Origin: Bacillota bacterium
GTDB lineage: Bacteria; Bacillota; DTU025
Direction: 5' to 3'
DNA: 50,345 nt
Assembly (NCBI GenBank): GCA_035351775.1
Contig: DAOPWT010000002.1
Location: forward strand, 1-50,345
Shown here: piece by piece, positions 8,533-16,584 of the stretch
Numbering within the stretch: the first letter of the stretch is position 1
Layout of the letters: every line of letters begins with the position of its first letter
Made by a program: the position numbers and the translations under genes
Notes under the pieces: model-generated
Told to the model about the DNA's origin: nothing
The model's input: the letters and a program-made list of their open reading frames with translations, nothing else
Databases searched by the model: none

Positions 8533-9822
8533 GTGGAATTGGTTGTGACTGGCGGAAGGCGCCTGTCGGGCGTCGTGGCTGCCAGCGGGAGCAAGAACGC
8601 GACGCTTGCCGTCATGGCGGGTGCTCTTCTCGCGGAGGGCGAAACCGTTATCGAGAACGTGCCTGATATCGGCGATGTAGGCGTCATGGCGCACACACTG
8701 CAGGAGATAGGGGTGAGCGTGAAGCGCGCGGGCCCCCGGGCCCTGCGTGTACGCTCGCGGCGTGTGATACACAGTGAGCCGCCGTACGAGCTGTGCAAGA
8801 TGCTCAGGGCCTCCAGCCTGCTACTGGGCCCGTTGCTCGCGCGCAACGGGCGCGCTCGCGTGGCGCTGCCCGGGGGAGATCAGATCGGATCGCGCCCCAT
8901 GGACCTGCATGTAAAGGGCCTTCGCGCTTTGGGAGCTGATGTGGAGGTCGAGCACGGGTATGTTGCAGCTCGCGCCAAGAACCTTGTGGGCGCCCGGGTA
9001 TACCTGGATTTTCCTAGTGTGGGCGCGACTGAGAACATCATGATGGCTGCGTGTCTTGCGCGTGGGACAAGCATAATCGAGAATGCCGCCAGAGAACCCG
9101 AGGTGGTGGATCTGGCGAATTTCCTGGCCCTGATGGGAGCCGGCATAAGGGGCGCAGGCACCGACGTGATACGGATAGAGGGCGGTGGTCCGCTGTCTCC
9201 TGTGACGTACGGTGTGATACCGGATCGCATTGAGGCCGCCACACTGCTGGCAGCAGCCATTGTCACATACGGGCACGTTAGGGTGACAGATGTGATACCC
9301 ACGCACCTGGAGTCGACGCTCTCCAAATTCGGCGAGCTTGGGGCGGAGATAGAGGTGGGGGCCGACTACGTGGACGTGTCCGGAAGGTCGCCCGTCCGAG
9401 CGTGTGACACCAAGACCTTGCCTTATCCGGGATTCCCCACCGATATGCAGCCACAGCTCGGCGCGGTGTTGTCGTGTGCAGCCGGCGTCAGTGTGATCAC
9501 TGAGTCAGTCTTTGAGAACCGTTTCCTTCATGTGGACGAGCTCAAGCGCATGGGAGCTGTCATGCGACTAGAGGGACGTAGCCTCATTGTGGAAGGAGTA
9601 CCTCGCCTCACAGGCGCGCGAGTGCGTGCCACGGGCCTCAGGGCAGGCGCAGCTCTGGTGCTGGCGGGCCTGGCGGCCGAGGGGGAGACCGTCATCTCCG
9701 GTGTGGAACACATCGCTCGCGGCCACGAGGACTTGTGCGGGAAGCTTGTTGCGCTGGGCGCCTCTGTAGGCAACCGCAACGCGTCCATGGAGACTGCAGC
9801 GGGGGAGGATCGATTTTCGTGA
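8533..9822 (+). CDS. murA: UDP-N-acetylglucosamine 1-carboxyvinyltransferase MurA (Asp at the Cys115-equivalent position)
   Basis: Family-typical sequence: GSKNATLAVMAGALLAEGETVIENVPDIGDV and ENAAREPEVVDLANFL. I prefer the GTG at 8533, 9 nt after GGAGG, over the track start at 8461. With that start, the LPGGDQIGSRPMDLH Asp is residue 116, matching E. coli Cys115. Confidence 0.9.
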   Translation: MELVVTGGRRLSGVVAASGSKNATLAVMAGALLAEGETVIENVPDIGDVGVMAHTLQEIGVSVKRAGPRALRVRSRRVIHSEPPYELCKMLRASSLLLGPLLARNGRARVALPGGDQIGSRPMDLHVKGLRALGADVEVEHGYVAARAKNLVGARVYLDFPSVGATENIMMAACLARGTSIIENAAREPEVVDLANFLALMGAGIRGAGTDVIRIEGGGPLSPVTYGVIPDRIEAATLLAAAIVTYGHVRVTDVIPTHLESTLSKFGELGAEIEVGADYVDVSGRSPVRACDTKTLPYPGFPTDMQPQLGAVLSCAAGVSVITESVFENRFLHVDELKRMGAVMRLEGRSLIVEGVPRLTGARVRATGLRAGAALVLAGLAAEGETVISGVEHIARGHEDLCGKLVALGASVGNRNASMETAAGEDRFS

Positions 9823-11234
9823 ACGATTCACCTGGTCAGCTTGTGCTTGCTGCTCTAACCCCACACCCGCCCATCATACTGCCCGAGGTGGGAGGGCCTG
9901 ACATAGCGCAGGCCCAGCGCACTGTGGATGGCATGCGCCGCCTGGCGCAGATCTTCGCCGAGGCGCGCCCGAGCACTATCATCGTTATCTCGCCCCATGG
10001 CCCCGTGTTCTCCGATGTGATCGCCATAACCGGCCTTCCCCGAGTGGAGGGAGATCTCAAGCAATTCGGAGCGGCAGTGTCGATGGAGTTCGGCAACGAC
10101 TTGGCGCTGGCCGGAAGAATCGTGAGCCATGCCAAGCAGCGTGGGATATCTGCTGCAGTGATAGAGCCCTCGTTCATGAGCCGCCTGCGGGCGCCGCGCC
10201 GTCTAGACCACGGAACGATGGTTCCCCTCTATTACATATCGCAGGCGGTGTCCGAGTTCCAAGTAGTGCCCGTAGCAATGGGACTGGATACCCCGGATCG
10301 ACTGTATACATTCGGAATGGCGCTGCGAGCGGCGGTGGATGAGGGCGAAGGGCGCGTGGCGCTCATCGCCAGCGGCGATCTGTCGCATCGACTCAAGCCC
10401 GGCGCCCCGGCCGGCTACTCTCCAAAGGGGCAGGTGTTCGACGAGCGACTCGTGGAGGCCCTGGGCCGCATGGATGTGGGCGCCATTGCACGCCTCGACG
10501 ACCGCCTAGTGGAGGCAGCGGGAGAGTGTGGCCTGCGCCCAGTGTTCATGATGCTTGGGGCGCTGGACGGTCTGGAGGTTGCGGCAAAGGTCCATTCATA
10601 CGAAGGGCCATTTGGCGTGGGTTACGCCGTGGCGTCGTTTAGGCCGGTGGAAGCGTCGGAGGACGCGCGACGGTACGGTGACCTCGTTCGGGGTCTGCAA
10701 GAGAAGCGCGCCGGCAGGAGAAGGTCTGAGTCGCCTTACGTCGCCCTCGCCCGACGGGCTGTTGAGGAATACGTGCGCCGTGGCAAGGTCCTGCGCGCGC
10801 CCGAGCCTTTGCCGGAGGGGTTGGAGCGGGCAGCGGGAGTGTTCTGCTCTATCCATAGGGGCGGCCAGCTCCGCGGGTGCATCGGTACCACCGAGCCCAC
10901 GCGTGCCAACATCGCTCTGGAGATCATCTCGAACGCGATGTCGGCCGCAACGCGCGACCCGCGTTTTGAGCCTGTTGAAGAGGACGAACTGGACGACTTG
11001 GTCTTCTCGGTGGATGTTCTGTCGGAGCCGGAACCCATATCGGGGCCGGACGAGCTCGATCCCAAGAGGTACGGCGTCATAGTCACCCGCGGCGCCCGGG
11101 TGGGCCTGCTCCTGCCCGACCTTGACGGGATCGACACCACGGGGGAGCAGATCCGGATCGCGCGGCGCAAGGCCGGAATCGGCGAGAGCGAGCCCGTGGA
11201 ACTCGCGAGGTTTGAGGTGACCAGGTACGAGTAA
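9819..11234 (+). CDS. AmmeMemoRadiSam system protein A (AMMECR1 domain) fused to an N-terminal LigB/Memo-superfamily (class III extradiol dioxygenase B-like) domain
   Basis: The GTG at 9819 overlaps the murA stop (GTGA) and follows GGGGGAGG. The N-terminal domain carries PHPPIILPEVGG, ISPHGP, DHGTMVP and SGDLSHR. The C-terminal AMMECR1 domain carries GQLRGCIGT, TRDPRF and VGLLLPD. Confidence 0.8.
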   Translation: MNDSPGQLVLAALTPHPPIILPEVGGPDIAQAQRTVDGMRRLAQIFAEARPSTIIVISPHGPVFSDVIAITGLPRVEGDLKQFGAAVSMEFGNDLALAGRIVSHAKQRGISAAVIEPSFMSRLRAPRRLDHGTMVPLYYISQAVSEFQVVPVAMGLDTPDRLYTFGMALRAAVDEGEGRVALIASGDLSHRLKPGAPAGYSPKGQVFDERLVEALGRMDVGAIARLDDRLVEAAGECGLRPVFMMLGALDGLEVAAKVHSYEGPFGVGYAVASFRPVEASEDARRYGDLVRGLQEKRAGRRRSESPYVALARRAVEEYVRRGKVLRAPEPLPEGLERAAGVFCSIHRGGQLRGCIGTTEPTRANIALEIISNAMSAATRDPRFEPVEEDELDDLVFSVDVLSEPEPISGPDELDPKRYGVIVTRGARVGLLLPDLDGIDTTGEQIRIARRKAGIGESEPVELARFEVTRYE

Positions 11235-11253
11235 AGAGGCTATCAGGGAAGCA

Positions 11254-12249
11254 ATGTACGCCAGGGTGGAAGAAGGGCGGGGCATATGTGAACTGTGCCC
11301 CAGAGGCTGCAGGCTTCGCGAGGGGGCGGTGGGGGCCTGCCGCGCTCGGGCCATGTCCGGCAGCGGGATTGTTCCGCGCACATATGGAGCGGTGACCTCC
11401 ATGTCCATCGACCCGATCGAGAAGAAACCTCTGTACCACTACATGCCCGGAGCGGGCGTACTCTCGATCGGAACGTATGGGTGCAACCTGTCGTGCAAGT
11501 TCTGTCAAAACTGGGAGATATCTCAGCGCGAAGCGGGCCATCGGGAGCTTACGCCAGAGGAGGTGGCACGCCTCGCCGATAGTGTCAGGGGTCAATCGGT
11601 TGGCGTGGCCTATACGTACTCAGAGCCCCTGGTGTGGTACGAGTTCGTATACGATTGCGCCCGCTTGGTGAGCAAGCGAGGCCTGGTGAATGTACTGGTG
11701 ACCAACGGCTACATCAACCCTGACCCGTTTCGGGAGTTGCTGCCCTACGTTGATGCTGTGAATATCGACCTCAAGGCGTTCAGCCCCGAGTTCTACAAGT
11801 CGGTGTGCGGCGGCGACCTGGAGCCGGTACTTCGCTCCATAGGGCAGGCGTATGAGTCTGGATGTCATGTCGAACTGACCACTCTGGTCGTGCCGGGGAT
11901 GAATGACTCGAAGGATGAGATGGATAGGCTGGCATCCTGGGTCGCCGGGCTGTCGCCTGACATACCGCTGCACGTGTCGAGGTACTTCCCCAGTTACCGC
12001 ATGACGGCGCCGCCCACGCCGATGTCGACTCTGCAGGCGTGCGTGGATGCGGCACGCACCAGGCTACACTATGTGTATGTTGGAAACGCGACTGTACCGG
12101 GAGGTTCCGATACAGTATGTCCGTCGTGCGGCAAGACGGTCATAAGGCGGCACGGCTACGACCGCGTGGAAGTGCTGCTTTCCGGGCGTTCATGCCCTGC
12201 TTGCGGCAGCAGTATTCCGGTGAGGCTGCGCGGAAGCGAGCCGGCCTAA
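11254..12249 (+). CDS. AmmeMemoRadiSam system radical SAM enzyme
   Basis: The CX3CX2C motif is CNLSCKFCQNW. There is an N-terminal Cys cluster (CELCPRGCRLREGAVGAC) and a C-terminal CPSC...CPAC ribbon. The layout is PFL-activase-like, and the gene directly follows the AMMECR1 gene. Confidence 0.85.
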   Translation: MYARVEEGRGICELCPRGCRLREGAVGACRARAMSGSGIVPRTYGAVTSMSIDPIEKKPLYHYMPGAGVLSIGTYGCNLSCKFCQNWEISQREAGHRELTPEEVARLADSVRGQSVGVAYTYSEPLVWYEFVYDCARLVSKRGLVNVLVTNGYINPDPFRELLPYVDAVNIDLKAFSPEFYKSVCGGDLEPVLRSIGQAYESGCHVELTTLVVPGMNDSKDEMDRLASWVAGLSPDIPLHVSRYFPSYRMTAPPTPMSTLQACVDAARTRLHYVYVGNATVPGGSDTVCPSCGKTVIRRHGYDRVEVLLSGRSCPACGSSIPVRLRGSEPA

Positions 12250-12274
12250 CACAAAAACTGAAGGCGGTGTTCGG

Positions 12275-13243
12275 ATGACCAAAGCGCTGGAACTCATCTA
12301 CGACGATCTGGGGCGCAGCTTTTCGGGGAAGAGTTTCCTCTCGATTCACGACTTCACTACAGAGCAGGTCATGCGTGTTATGGACCTTGCAGCACTGCTC
12401 AAGGCTGAGCAGAAGGCGGGGGTACCCCACCCGATCCTGAAAGGCAAGACCTTGGGCATGATATTCCTGAAGCCTTCCACGAGGACGAGGATATCGTTTG
12501 AGGTCGCGATCTGGCAGCTCGGTGGGTACGGTCTGTTTCTCAACGCAAATGATCTTCAGCTGAAGAGGGGCGAAACCGTCGCTGACACTGCGCGGGTGCT
12601 TTCGCGCTACCTCGATGGCATAATGATCAGAACCTTCGCCCATTCCGACGTGATCGAGCTGGCGCGGGAGGGTTCGATCCCGATCATCAACGGCCTCACT
12701 GATCTTCTCCATCCGTGCCAGGTCATGGCCGACCTCCTCACGGGAATCGAGAAGTTCGGCGACCTTCGGGGCCGGAAGCTCGCCTACGTCGGCGATGGCA
12801 ACAACATGGTTCACTCCTTGATGTACGGTGGCGCTAAGGTGGGAATGCACGTCACCTGCGCGTGCCCGGCGGGCTACGAGCCTGACCCTGCAGTGGTAGC
12901 CGCGGCAAGAGCCGACGGAGCTGCGACCGGGGCGAGGATGGAGGTCGTTCGCGATCCGAAAGAGGCCGTTCGAGGGGCGGACATCCTCTATACTGACGTA
13001 TGGGCCAGCATGGGCCAGGAAGCCGAGCGTGAGAAGCGCGTCCGCGACTTTCAGGGCTATCAGATCAACGCGGAGCTTGTTGACATGGCCAACCCTGACT
13101 GCATAGTGATGCATTGCCTGCCCGCACATCGCGGCGAAGAGATCACTGATGATGCGGCCGACGGCCCTCATTCGGTTCTGTGGGACGAGGCCGAAAACAG
13201 GTTGCACGCGCAGAAGGCGATACTGGCGCTGACCATGAGCTAA
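12275..13243 (+). CDS. argF: Ornithine carbamoyltransferase
   Basis: All OTCase signatures are present: STRTRISFE, HPCQVMAD, DVWASMG, HCLPAHRGEE. Confidence 0.9.
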   Translation: MTKALELIYDDLGRSFSGKSFLSIHDFTTEQVMRVMDLAALLKAEQKAGVPHPILKGKTLGMIFLKPSTRTRISFEVAIWQLGGYGLFLNANDLQLKRGETVADTARVLSRYLDGIMIRTFAHSDVIELAREGSIPIINGLTDLLHPCQVMADLLTGIEKFGDLRGRKLAYVGDGNNMVHSLMYGGAKVGMHVTCACPAGYEPDPAVVAAARADGAATGARMEVVRDPKEAVRGADILYTDVWASMGQEAEREKRVRDFQGYQINAELVDMANPDCIVMHCLPAHRGEEITDDAADGPHSVLWDEAENRLHAQKAILALTMS

Positions 13244-13271
13244 ACGGGCGATCTGTCTTTCGCGGGGCATA

Positions 13272-13319
13272 GCGCCGCCGCCTGTGGGGCGCTCTGATGC
13301 GGCTCTCGGGCGGCGGCGC
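13272..13319 (+). terminator. GC-rich stem-loop after argF (possible terminator, no U-tract)
   Basis: GCGCCGCCGCC (13272-13282) pairs perfectly with GGCGGCGGCGC (13309-13319). The loop is 26 nt. Confidence 0.3.
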
Positions 13320-13549
13320 CACCGATTTCGTCCGACTGTATCAAGGCACATGGGATTCCAGAGAAGGAGCCTTACGGCATTCAAGACTCCTGGCCCCTCC
13401 AAAGCCACAACTTACACTCTTTCAAATACCCATTTACCTGCAGGAACGCGCCCCGCCAACCTAGAATTCATACCCCGCAACAGGCGATGCCAAAAGCATC
13501 AGTCCTGCCAGAAACCGGAGCGTAATGCCCGAGGCGTGTCGAGAGGCGG

Positions 13550-13558
13550 GAAAGGAGG
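13550..13558 (+). promoter_or_regulatory. Orphan Shine-Dalgarno-like element (GAAAGGAGG) inside the long leader, with no start codon behind it
   Basis: GGGAAAGGAGGTG lies at 13548-13560. No ATG, GTG or TTG occurs in the following ~45 nt. It sits about 245 nt upstream of the 13802 start codon. Confidence 0.3.
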
Positions 13559-13801
13559 TGCTCCCCCACAAAGCCCAGGAGAGCACGCTTACGGCGAAAC
13601 ACATCGCAGCAGAACCGCAAGGTCTTTCAGAAGGCAACAAGGATACTTCAGGAAGCCCCTGCGGCAAGACGCAGCACACATCGCGGCACTTGTCGGACCA
13701 TTCACTTGGTGCAATGTTCCACGACCGAGCAAGAATCGTCAGACTGCTCCGGAGATGTAGCAACATGCGAAGTCATTAGTAGCCACCAAGGGGGAAAACA
13801 C

Positions 13802-15127
13802 ATGAAGAAGCTTGCAGTAGTACTTGCAGCAGTAATGGTTGCAGCGCTTGCACTGCCTGTTTCAGCCGCCACGATCGATCTCGGCGGCAAGCTCACAAGC
13901 GAAGTCTACCACGACTTTGTGCAGGGCGCCGGCGGCAGCACCGCTCTCGAGCTGTCGGCTGGCATCGGGCTCATTGGCAAGCAGAATGTCCGGGGCGTCG
14001 TGAAGGTGAGCGGGATGAAGTGGTCGCTCGACCTGGCCGAAAACGGACAAATCGGGCTTCCGAACACTGAGAATATGAGCATTACAGCTTACCTTGAGAC
14101 CGTAGGGCCATACTGGACCGGCGGACCGTCAGTGGCGACCCGCATAGGCGATCTCGAACTGGCCTATTCGCCGTTCATACTCAAGACAAAGGCTGTTGAC
14201 GGAATCTCAGTGTCGGGCGCAGCCGTTGGACCTATTGGAATCGAAGGTTTCTACGGCTGGTCGGGTGGCCAGGCCGTGCGCGGCGCACTCGCCAAGACCG
14301 AGTTCGCGGGTGTCGGCCTAGACGGTGCACTCGTAAAGGTCGGGAATGCGGAGGCTGACTACATGGCTCACGCCGCTGCAGTGCCCATGCCGGGCCTGGC
14401 CATAGAGGCTCTATATGCGGCACAAAGCAACACCAACGCCGCAGCGATGCGCGCTGCAGCAGCCTACAAGATCCCGTTCCTGCCTCTCCCCGTAACGGCA
14501 AGCGCCGGATACAGAAGGACAGGGCAGGCATTCGCCCCGACGTTCAGGTCGACCGAGAAGGGCAGCCCACTCGATGGGCAGGCAGGAGTAGCGGCCATCA
14601 CCGCGGGCCTTGACACCTCGGTCGCAGGATTCGACATCGCTGTCGACGGCGAGATTCTGGGCCGGAACAACGATGGCAAGCTCGACGACGAGCGCTCCAT
14701 CGGCGCGGCTGTGGGTACCAGGATAGGATGGGTCGACGTGGCAGCGGGCCACAAGATCAGCCAGGAGGACCTGACGACGGAGGATCCCTCTACCACCAAC
14801 ACCACGACTCTGGGAGTTGGGTTCGCCGAGCGTCCGATCCTGCCGAACCTGGTCATGAGCGCGAGCTACAATGCGACGATCACCAACTTCTCGCTGTCTG
14901 GGATGAGGCACGTGGCCAAGGCCGCCGTGGGCACGGATATCGGAGCATTCCGCGGAGTCAGCATATCCGGTATGATAGACACGGTGCCTGAGGATGGCCC
15001 CGGCCGCCAGCTTGGCGTGGAGTACGGTGCGCCGTGCGGAGTCAAGCTCGGATACGCCTACGACGACTACGCTAACAACGCGAAGGACGCTAATAGGATC
15101 TACGCAGGCCTGGAGGTCTCCTTCTAG
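13802..15127 (+). CDS. Secreted protein with outer-membrane beta-barrel/porin-like hallmarks (function unknown)
   Basis: Trimmed to the ATG at 13802, after GGGGGAAAA. The Sec signal peptide is MKKLAVVLAAVMVAALALPVSA|AT. The protein is Gly/Ala/Ser/Thr-rich with alternating short amphipathic stretches and no hydrophobic helix. The C-terminus ...IYAGLEVSF ends in Phe. Confidence 0.75.
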   Translation: MKKLAVVLAAVMVAALALPVSAATIDLGGKLTSEVYHDFVQGAGGSTALELSAGIGLIGKQNVRGVVKVSGMKWSLDLAENGQIGLPNTENMSITAYLETVGPYWTGGPSVATRIGDLELAYSPFILKTKAVDGISVSGAAVGPIGIEGFYGWSGGQAVRGALAKTEFAGVGLDGALVKVGNAEADYMAHAAAVPMPGLAIEALYAAQSNTNAAAMRAAAAYKIPFLPLPVTASAGYRRTGQAFAPTFRSTEKGSPLDGQAGVAAITAGLDTSVAGFDIAVDGEILGRNNDGKLDDERSIGAAVGTRIGWVDVAAGHKISQEDLTTEDPSTTNTTTLGVGFAERPILPNLVMSASYNATITNFSLSGMRHVAKAAVGTDIGAFRGVSISGMIDTVPEDGPGRQLGVEYGAPCGVKLGYAYDDYANNAKDANRIYAGLEVSF

Positions 15128-15174
15128 TCAATCTCATCAGTATGCGGTCGGATCGCGACCGCGGCCGAAAGAGC

Positions 15175-15200
15175 AAGGACCCGGGGCATCCCGGGTCCTT
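15175..15200. terminator. Perfect 11-bp hairpin between convergent genes (bidirectional terminator candidate)
   Basis: The hairpin is AAGGACCCGGG-GCAT-CCCGGGTCCTT. A second hairpin, GCGGTCG-gatcg-CGACCGC, lies at 15144-15162. Both sit between the stops at 15127 (+) and 15246 (-). Confidence 0.5.
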
Positions 15201-15245
15201 GCGCGTCCGGCGCAGGCTTCTGGCGAAGAGACTCGTCTTCTCTGC

Positions 15246-16433
15246 CTACGGGATTCGCAGGCTCTGCCCAGGGTAGATATCGCCGCCGAGCAGCTGATTG
15301 TGCCCCACAATCGCCTCAGGCGTCGCGCCGAACGCCGAGGCTATGCCTGACAGAGTATCGCCGGACTGCACTACGTATTCGCCGGACCCAGCCTGCCCCA
15401 CCGATTCCGCTCTGGGACCTCCCCTTGGCCCGCCCGGTATCCTGAGTCGTTGGCCCACGTACAGATTGGTGCTGGTCAAGTTGTTCGCGGACATCAAGGC
15501 CTGGACCGTAGTGCCGTACCTGCGCGCAATCAGAAAGAGGGTATCGCCGGGCTGGACGATGTAGTCAGTGCCGGTGGTCGCAGGGCGCGCAACTGCCCCG
15601 GGGATTACCAGTACCTGGCCGACAGATATCACATCTGTTGTCAGGTTATTGGCGCGCCGGATGGCGTCCACTGTAGTCCCGAACCGCTGCGCGATGAGGA
15701 ACAACGTATCGCCGGCTCTCACGACGTATGTGCCTGGCGTGGGAGCGGGAGCGGTGACGCCCGTTGTTATCAGTACAGGCACTCCCACCTGCACCTGGTC
15801 GAACAATGACTCAACGTCGGCGTTGTACATCCTCACACACCCGTTGGACACCGCGTGCCCGATAGACTGAGGCTGATTGGTGCCGTGTATTCCGTGTCCG
15901 CGCCTGGTGAATGCCATCCAGCGACTGCCGAAAACGCCGCCGGGGTTGAACGCCTTGTTCAGCAAGGTCCAGGATCCCGACGGAGTCGGAGTGGCCGGCT
16001 TGCCCACTGCTACAGGGTAGTGCGCGGCTTCGACCCCGCCCCTCAGCAGTGCCAGGCGACGCTGGGCCAGGCTTATCTGTATCGAGAGGGGCTGGCGGCT
16101 TTGAGCCGCTTGCCTGGAAGAGACGACCGCGTCAGGGTCGGCCTGCCCTAAGGGATCGGCGGTCGCCATGTCCGGAGGATCATCGGGGTAGCATGCATCC
16201 CCGGGCAGCGGAAGGCCATCGAAGAGCAGGCGCCATGTCTCGGCGTCAACAATGCCAGTTTCCGGGAGCCCCACACTCGCCTGGAACTGCCGTACGGCGA
16301 GTTCGGTCCTGATCCCGAATACGTTGTCCACCTCGCCCAACGGGAACCCTTTGAACGCGAGCTGTTCCTGAACATTGCCCACGGGAACCACGGTCATGCC
16401 TCGCATTAGCACCAGTGGCCTGCATTCAGGCAA
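15246..16433 (-). CDS. L,D-transpeptidase (YkuD domain) with an N-terminal PG_binding_1 domain and three C-terminal LysM repeats
   Basis: The catalytic motif is [20 protein letters not shown]. The PG-binding part is [29 protein letters not shown]. There are three LysM-type repeats ([51 protein letters not shown]). The start is the TTG at 16433, after AGGTGGTGA. I see no obvious signal peptide. Confidence 0.85.
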   Translation of the reverse strand: MPECRPLVLMRGMTVVPVGNVQEQLAFKGFPLGEVDNVFGIRTELAVRQFQASVGLPETGIVDAETWRLLFDGLPLPGDACYPDDPPDMATADPLGQADPDAVVSSRQAAQSRQPLSIQISLAQRRLALLRGGVEAAHYPVAVGKPATPTPSGSWTLLNKAFNPGGVFGSRWMAFTRRGHGIHGTNQPQSIGHAVSNGCVRMYNADVESLFDQVQVGVPVLITTGVTAPAPTPGTYVVRAGDTLFLIAQRFGTTVDAIRRANNLTTDVISVGQVLVIPGAVARPATTGTDYIVQPGDTLFLIARRYGTTVQALMSANNLTSTNLYVGQRLRIPGGPRGGPRAESVGQAGSGEYVVQSGDTLSGIASAFGATPEAIVGHNQLLGGDIYPGQSLRIP

Positions 16434-16584
16434 TTGCGATCACCACCTGTCTGCTTTCTGCCTCATTATACGCACTGCGGCCCAAATCCGTTGAAGGATT
16501 CTCTATCTGACCGCCGAATAAAGGTAGTTGAACCGGTGGGCGAAAGATGCCGCCGATTAATATAAAGCAGTGGGAGGACATCAA

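Noticed and set aside
12140-13408. A 422-aa minus-strand ORF.
   Set aside because: It is exactly antisense to argF, whose product carries every OTCase signature. The antisense product is Arg/Pro/Gly-rich with no motif or RBS. The same reasoning rejects 18000-19028, 20463-21476, 21540-22433, 35627-36493, 38882-39676, 41980-42873 and 44729-45535.
13284-13779. Track ORFs inside the long argF/barrel-gene spacer (13284-13760 +, 13525-13779 +, 13461-13766 -).
   Set aside because: The products are extremely basic or Cys/His/Pro-rich. There is no SD at the proposed starts and no recognisable domain. The region is better explained as an untranslated leader. The 9-nt repeat ACACATCGC seen twice here is within chance expectation.
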